Shown: in pieces, positions 56,454 to 64,000 of the stretch
How the letters are laid out: each line of letters starts with the position of its first letter
How positions within the stretch are numbered: position 1 is the stretch's first letter
Source of the DNA: an uncultured Gammaproteobacteria bacterium
Lineage (GTDB): Bacteria; Patescibacteriota; Microgenomatia; Levybacterales; UBA12049
Length of the DNA stretch: 64,000 nucleotides
Direction: 5' to 3'
NCBI GenBank assembly: GCA_964637955.1
Contig: CAZWXQ010000001.1
Coordinates: 21,936-85,935 of the forward strand
Notes under the pieces: generated by a model
The model's database searches: none
What the model saw: the letters and a program-made list of their open reading frames with translations, nothing else
What the model was told of the DNA's origin: nothing
Translations under genes and position numbers: made by a program

Positions 56454-57686
56454 TTACAGAGCAAAGAAAAGAAGAGTTCCAATAAGCAATAATATTCCAC
56501 CAAGTGCTCCGATTCCTATTAAAGCTTCTCCTGGTCCTGTCGCAGGCATAGGGGAAGGTGATTCTTCTGTCGTAACTATTTCTGAATCTTCATCTGAGTT
56601 ATCAGTGCTTGTTGTAGTAGCGCCTGAGTCATCAGAATTTTCATCAGCTAAAGTATTATTGTCTGAGTCATCATCATTATTATCTGAATTATCGTTATTA
56701 TTATCAGCATTATCGTCAGTTATGGTTATGGATTTTGTACAGGCCACAGAGCTTCCTGTTCCGCCTTGGTCATCAGTAATAATTACACTAGCTGTAAAAG
56801 AGCCAGCTGTTTCGTAAGTGTGTGGATCAGTAGTTACTGTTGCAATACTTTTAGCATTGGCTGCAGTGCTTGCAATATTAATAAATTCATTAGGTTCGAA
56901 TGTGAATTTAAAGTTTCGTAGAGTTCCATCTGAATCTGTTCCATTTACAGTAAAAGATAAATCATACGGTGCTTCTCCGGTTAGTGATCCACTTGGAGTA
57001 AGGCTATTACAAACAGGTGGTACATTTTCCCCTCCACTTGTTATTCTAATAGTTGGTTCTGGAGATAAATTTGGATCAGGAGTTGGAGACACATCTGTAC
57101 CATCGGTTATTGTCAAGCTTGCTGGAGTGCCACTAAGAAATACGTTCTCATTAAATGCATCGTTATTTCCTCCATTTATCGAGCTGACTTCTGTGGCAGG
57201 GTCAAATGTAATTTGTGAATTTTCTGCAGGTCCATCTATTACGTTAAATGTTAAAGTACCGATTTTAGTATCAGCTTGAATGACTTTGGTTGGATCATTT
57301 CCAACTGATAAAGCAACTGAAATGGTATCAGTTCCGACAACTGGGCCTTGTAAGATGGAAAGATTTGAATTTGGATCTACTACGAAGCTAGTGTTGGTCG
57401 CTTTAAGTTTAGTAGAGTCAAACTTGACCACTAACTTTATGAAATTTACCTGATTATTTCCAGGAACAATCATAACGTCAAAAGAAACGTCATCTCCCAC
57501 CTGTGCGGTGGTAGTATCTGGAGTAAATTTCATAGTAGTGTTTGCTGTAGCTTGGCTTCTACTATCTTGTTGTTGTTGAACTAGATAGATTGTTAGAGGA
57601 ATTATTAGAAGCACAACAAAAAGAAAGCCTAACAAAAGGAGTTTCTTAATAGAAATATGTAAACCTGATTTAGCCAACTTACTCAA
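56454..57686 (-). CDS. Surface protein with cohesin-like and PKD-like domains, acidic linker and C-terminal MPATG + TM
   Basis: N-terminal TM + SQA; KFD...L, IGTLTF; GEAPY, HTYETAGSFTA; MPATG then hydrophobic tail. Confidence 0.75.
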   Translation of the reverse strand: MSKLAKSGLHISIKKLLLLGFLFVVLLIIPLTIYLVQQQQDSRSQATANTTMKFTPDTTTAQVGDDVSFDVMIVPGNNQVNFIKLVVKFDSTKLKATNTSFVVDPNSNLSILQGPVVGTDTISVALSVGNDPTKVIQADTKIGTLTFNVIDGPAENSQITFDPATEVSSINGGNNDAFNENVFLSGTPASLTITDGTDVSPTPDPNLSPEPTIRITSGGENVPPVCNSLTPSGSLTGEAPYDLSFTVNGTDSDGTLRNFKFTFEPNEFINIASTAANAKSIATVTTDPHTYETAGSFTASVIITDDQGGTGSSVACTKSITITDDNADNNNDNSDNNDDDSDNNTLADENSDDSGATTTSTDNSDEDSEIVTTEESPSPMPATGPGEALIGIGALGGILLLIGTLLFFAL

Positions 57687-57784
57687 TCGTATAAAAATAC
57701 TATATATGTGTCAAGAAATTTTGTGGAAATTGTCGTTAAAGTGCTTACTTGAGGCGATCTGTTTGAATTAATATGTCTTCCTTC

Positions 57785-57840
57785 TTGACAAGGAGTAAAA
57801 AATATTGTATAAATTAGCAGACAAAATGTCGGACTGATAT
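57785..57840 (+). promoter_or_regulatory. groES promoter and degenerate CIRCE operator
   Basis: TTGACA-N17-TATAAA (57785-57813) followed by TTAGCAGAC-N9-GACTGATAT (57814-57840). Confidence 0.65.
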
Positions 57841-57857
57841 TTTGTTTTTTTATAAAT

Positions 57858-58160
57858 ATGGTAAGCAAAAGCACAATAAAACCACTTTTTGATAACGTAT
57901 TAGTTAAGCCTCTCGAGGCTGTAAATACGACAGCTTCTGGAATCGTTCTTCCAGATAATGCAAAAGAAAAACCACAAATTGGCGAAGTTATGGCCATTGG
58001 ACAAGGGGTAATGGATGATGGTGAAATCGTTAAAAATTCTATGATAGTTAAAGTTGGAGATAAGGTAATGTATAAAAAATGGGGAGCAGACGATGTTAAG
58101 GTAAACGGACAGGACTGGCTAATTATAAAACAATCTGATATATTGGCGATTACGGAATAG
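57858..58160 (+). CDS. groES: Co-chaperonin GroES
   Basis: IKPLFDNVLV, TASGIVLPDNAKEKP, VKVGD, DILA. Confidence 0.97.
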   Translation: MVSKSTIKPLFDNVLVKPLEAVNTTASGIVLPDNAKEKPQIGEVMAIGQGVMDDGEIVKNSMIVKVGDKVMYKKWGADDVKVNGQDWLIIKQSDILAITE

Positions 58161-60726
<2,566 letters not shown>

Positions 60727-60865
60727 AAATTTATCATTTCAGAATAAAATAAAAGTGTCAAACAATTTTTATTACAAGAAATTTATTTCTATATCATAGC
60801 TATAGATTATTAATCCAATCTAATCGTTGACATAACCTCACTCAAATTATATACTTCCCATCATT

Positions 60866-61612
60866 ATGACGGCAGAACTAGATAAATTAGCAGCATATAA
60901 GTTAAGTATTGGCGATGAAGTAGGAGCAGCTGTTTTCAGGCACTTAGCTGGAAGAGAAAGGCTTGTTGGTACTCCCGAAGTATTATCACCTGAAATCGAT
61001 GGCAGAATTGAAGCGTTGGGTCTAGTAAGGGTTAAGGAATTATTATCTATTGCAGCAGATAGATTTGTGAATTTCGGATTTGCTCAAAAATTAGGTGTTA
61101 GGTCAGAGGATTTATGGGATCGGATATATAATTTAGCTGAGGCTCAACCAGAAGCTTATAAAGGGAGATTTGATATTCCTGTAATAAATTTTGGTGACAC
61201 CATTCCAATTAAAGAGCAATATGAGATGATTGGTTTTGATGCTTCAAGACTTGAAGGTCTTCGAATAAAAGATCATCCAGTTCATCATGTTCCTTCTACT
61301 CTTACTTTAGTTTGGATGAATGATGGAATTCAAAACTCAGGAAGATCTGTAGCTTCAGCTAATGAAAACCTTGCACCTGATGAAAGAGGTGCCACATTGT
61401 ATGACGGAGTGGGCTTAATGGTAGCAGATATAGATATATTAGATAATCAATTTATTGATTTGCCTGGAACAAGTTTAATAAAAGAACTTCGTGAGCAGGG
61501 TAGAGAAATTCATGCTCCAAATCTTAGAACCAGGAGAGGGGATTATATTGTAGATCATTTTGAGCAGAAAGCGCCAATTGAATCATATGGTTCAGCTACC
61601 TGTGCAAGATAA
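60866..61612 (+). CDS. Hypothetical protein
   Basis: 248-aa ORF with TTGACA/TATACT promoter upstream. Confidence 0.65.
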   Translation: MTAELDKLAAYKLSIGDEVGAAVFRHLAGRERLVGTPEVLSPEIDGRIEALGLVRVKELLSIAADRFVNFGFAQKLGVRSEDLWDRIYNLAEAQPEAYKGRFDIPVINFGDTIPIKEQYEMIGFDASRLEGLRIKDHPVHHVPSTLTLVWMNDGIQNSGRSVASANENLAPDERGATLYDGVGLMVADIDILDNQFIDLPGTSLIKELREQGREIHAPNLRTRRGDYIVDHFEQKAPIESYGSATCAR

Positions 61613-61635
61613 TTTAAATATTCGTCTAAGTATTA

Positions 61636-62334
61636 TTATTTCTTCTTAGTGTAGTCTTTAAGTTCAGTTAGTCTTTTGTGAATTTCATTATATTTATCTT
61701 GTGAGATTTCATTAATTGATAAGTAATAATCCAGTAACTTTTCTAGAGTTAATGAAAAATGAAGTTTTATTTTATTTTTCTTAAGCTGTGCTTCTCCGCC
61801 TTGTTCTCTGTCTATTAAAACCACAACATCTTTTACTTTCATTTTATGTGCTTTAAAGAAATTTGCAGCCTCAAGCTTGGATGTAGAAGTAGTGATAAGG
61901 TCATCCACTAGTAGAACGGTTTTCCCTTTATCTCGTGGCCCTAAGCCATCGATGTGAGCTCCAGATCCATGATCTTTTTTGTCAATTCTAGGTGTTACAA
62001 CGCCAATCATAAGCCTGTCAGAAAGTGAAGCTGCAAAAGGAGAACCAGCTGTTGGAACGTCGGCAATTAAATCAAACTTCACGTCTTTTATTAATTCTTG
62101 ATAAACGTCGATTGCTACTTTTTTGGCTCTTGGATATCTTCGAAGAAGTCTTAAGTCAATATAAATGGGTGAAAGTGGAGCATTAGGGAATTCTTTATGT
62201 AATTTTAGTTTGAAATCACCAAATTTAAATGCACCAATTTCAAGGAGGTTATCAGCTAAAAGCTTTTCATTTTTACTAAGTTTAATTTTTGGTTTAGTTA
62301 CTTTTTTAGTTTTAATAATTTTTTTATTAGGCAT
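61636..62334 (-). CDS. pyrE: Orotate phosphoribosyltransferase
   Basis: FGDFKLK, SPIYIDLR, KDHG, LLVDDLITT, VLIDREQGG. Confidence 0.9.
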   Translation of the reverse strand: MPNKKIIKTKKVTKPKIKLSKNEKLLADNLLEIGAFKFGDFKLKLHKEFPNAPLSPIYIDLRLLRRYPRAKKVAIDVYQELIKDVKFDLIADVPTAGSPFAASLSDRLMIGVVTPRIDKKDHGSGAHIDGLGPRDKGKTVLLVDDLITTSTSKLEAANFFKAHKMKVKDVVVLIDREQGGEAQLKKNKIKLHFSLTLEKLLDYYLSINEISQDKYNEIHKRLTELKDYTKKK

Positions 62335-63172
62335 TTCTTGCTTTTTCAATTTCTTCATTTAGATCTATAGCCTTTTGTCTTGCCTTAGCAGCGAAATCGG
62401 GACTGCTATCAGCAAATATAATAGCACGAGAAGTATGAATTATCATCCCTTGTTTTTTACTATCCATCCCGGCTTTGACAGTTTTTTCCACATCTCCGCC
62501 TTGAGCTCCTATTCCAGGAATTAAAATTGGCATGTCTCCTACGATTTTTCTGATTTGTGCCAATTCTTTTGGATATGTTGCGCCGACTACTATCGCGCAG
62601 TTTCCATTTTCATTCCAATTTTTAGTTATATTTTCGGCAACTTTTAGATAAAGAGTTTTATTTTTTGATACCATTAAATCTTGAAATTCACCTGCTCCAG
62701 GATTTGAAGTTCTTACCAAAATTATTACACCTTTATCTTTATAGTTTAGAAAACTTTGTACTGCTTCTTTTCCAAAATATGGGTTTACAGTAATAGCATC
62801 GAATTCCATTTGATCGAAATATGCCTTTGCATAAAAATCATTCGTAGAGCCGATATCTGCTCGTTTTGCATCAATAATGACAGGGATTTCAGGATATTTT
62901 TTGTGAAGATATTGAATTGTTTTTTCAAGAGCAATCCAACCTTGAGTTCCTTGCTCTTCATAATGGGCGATTTGAGGCTTATAAGCGCAGACCAGATCAA
63001 ACGTGGAATCAATAATAGCTTTATTGAAATAAAAATATCTGTCTTCCGTCTTTTTATATTTCTTTAAAATTACTTGAGGAATCTTTTCAATTACTGGATC
63101 AAGTCCAATGCAAAGAAATTTATTTTTCTTCCAACCTTTTTCAAGTTTTGTATAAAATTTTGAGCTAGCCAT
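62327..63172 (-). CDS. pyrF: Orotidine 5'-phosphate decarboxylase
   Basis: LCIGLDP, AYKPQ, DAKRADIGST, RTSNPG, VVGATYP, LIPGIGAQGG. Confidence 0.95.
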   Translation of the reverse strand: MASSKFYTKLEKGWKKNKFLCIGLDPVIEKIPQVILKKYKKTEDRYFYFNKAIIDSTFDLVCAYKPQIAHYEEQGTQGWIALEKTIQYLHKKYPEIPVIIDAKRADIGSTNDFYAKAYFDQMEFDAITVNPYFGKEAVQSFLNYKDKGVIILVRTSNPGAGEFQDLMVSKNKTLYLKVAENITKNWNENGNCAIVVGATYPKELAQIRKIVGDMPILIPGIGAQGGDVEKTVKAGMDSKKQGMIIHTSRAIIFADSSPDFAAKARQKAIDLNEEIEKARNA

Positions 63173-63271
63173 ATCAGCAATATTGTTATTATAGTGGGCC
63201 AAACCAATTAGTCAATAAGATTTTTAAATTGAACTTAGTGAGCGTCCTATGTTATTATTTAACTTCAAGTT

Positions 63272-64000
63272 ATGCTTCGAAAATTGTTACTTTTCTTAAC
63301 TCCACTCCTTATTCTCACAGTACTTTTTTTAGTAATAATAATTATTATTAATCGTGAGGGAGGAAAAGGTGCACTCCAGGTAACTTCAGTGCCAAACTCT
63401 CAGGTTTTTCTTGACGGAAAGTCGATCGGAAAAACTCCGCTTTGTCTTTGTGAGCTTCCTCAGTTAATAAAAGTTGGAGAATATGATCTTAAATTAGTTC
63501 CTGAAGGAGATGACTTTAAAGAGTATTCTCAGAAAATAAAAATATATCAGGGAGTTTTGACAGTGGTAGATAGAACTTTTGATAAACAAACGAGTGCAGC
63601 ATCAGGAAGCTTAATAACACTTTCAAGTATATCGGATAAAAATAAGTCTGAGCTTATGATAATCTCTTTTCCTAGCGGAGCACAGGTCGTCTTAGACAGT
63701 AATATAGTTGGGAGTACGCCACTTCTTCTTGAAAATGTTACATCTTCAGATCATGAAATAAAAGTTATAAAAGATGGGTATAAGGAAAAAATAGTAAAAG
63801 TAAAAACAGTTCCAGGAAAAAGACTCGAAACGACAGTTAGTCTTGGAGTGAGAACTGATTTGGCAAAGGAAGCACCTAATGCTTCGCCAGCTGCGAGTTT
63901 GGTTACAAAAGTTGTGGTTTTAGATACACCCACAGGATTTCTTAGAGTAAGAGAATCAGATTCTTTAAGCTCTGCTCAAGTTACGACAGTAAAGCCTGGA
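63272..64000 (+). CDS. PEGA-domain surface protein with SH3-like C-terminal region, 3'-truncated by window edge
   Basis: Open from ATG 63272: TM, GALQVTSVP..VFLDG..IGKTP, second PEGA repeat, DTPTGFLRVR. Confidence 0.8.
   Translation, partial: MLRKLLLFLTPLLILTVLFLVIIIIINREGGKGALQVTSVPNSQVFLDGKSIGKTPLCLCELPQLIKVGEYDLKLVPEGDDFKEYSQKIKIYQGVLTVVDRTFDKQTSAASGSLITLSSISDKNKSELMIISFPSGAQVVLDSNIVGSTPLLLENVTSSDHEIKVIKDGYKEKIVKVKTVPGKRLETTVSLGVRTDLAKEAPNASPAASLVTKVVVLDTPTGFLRVRESDSLSSAQVTTVKPG

Noticed and set aside
56580-56720. Low-complexity ATC/ATT/TCA repeats
   Set aside because: Explained by the Asp/Asn/Ser-rich linker of the minus-strand surface protein.
61636-63172. pyrF-pyrE as a novel capability
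   Set aside because: Ordinary pathway genes; completeness of pyrimidine synthesis cannot be judged from this window.

Overview
AT-rich, gene-dense bacterial chromosome segment whose gene set (compact TpiA and PcrA, PilN/PilO, many GT-C-like membrane proteins, cohesin and PEGA surface proteins, NiSOD) suggests a Patescibacteria/CPR genome, probably Microgenomates; this is inference, and TGA is used as a stop codon. The right part (~31-64 kb) is mostly housekeeping and envelope genes: two FemAB proteins, pcrA, tpiA, LCP, pilNO, rpsT, murJ, lepA, dus, groES/EL and pyrE/F. The main observation is at ~9.5-18.4 kb. Downstream of a minus-strand tRNA-Asn(GTT) lies an array of 1-3-gene units (GNATs, VOC, PepE, PPOX, isochorismatase, kinase, radical SAM and others), most with their own promoter. 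The units are separated by about 10 diverged copies of a fixed-spacing junction, GAGGCT-N9/10-GCTCC-N17-(A/C)GAAC-TTATT, whose GCTCC core matches the tRNA 3' end. It looks like an integron-like, tRNA-anchored cassette array with serine-integrase-like att geometry, but no recombinase is encoded in the window. Other notable features are window-wide leaderless promoter architecture, a candidate riboswitch upstream of a DUF2294/MpsC gene, and a 120-bp inverted-repeat element at the lepA start. All calls come from reading the sequence; no searches were run.
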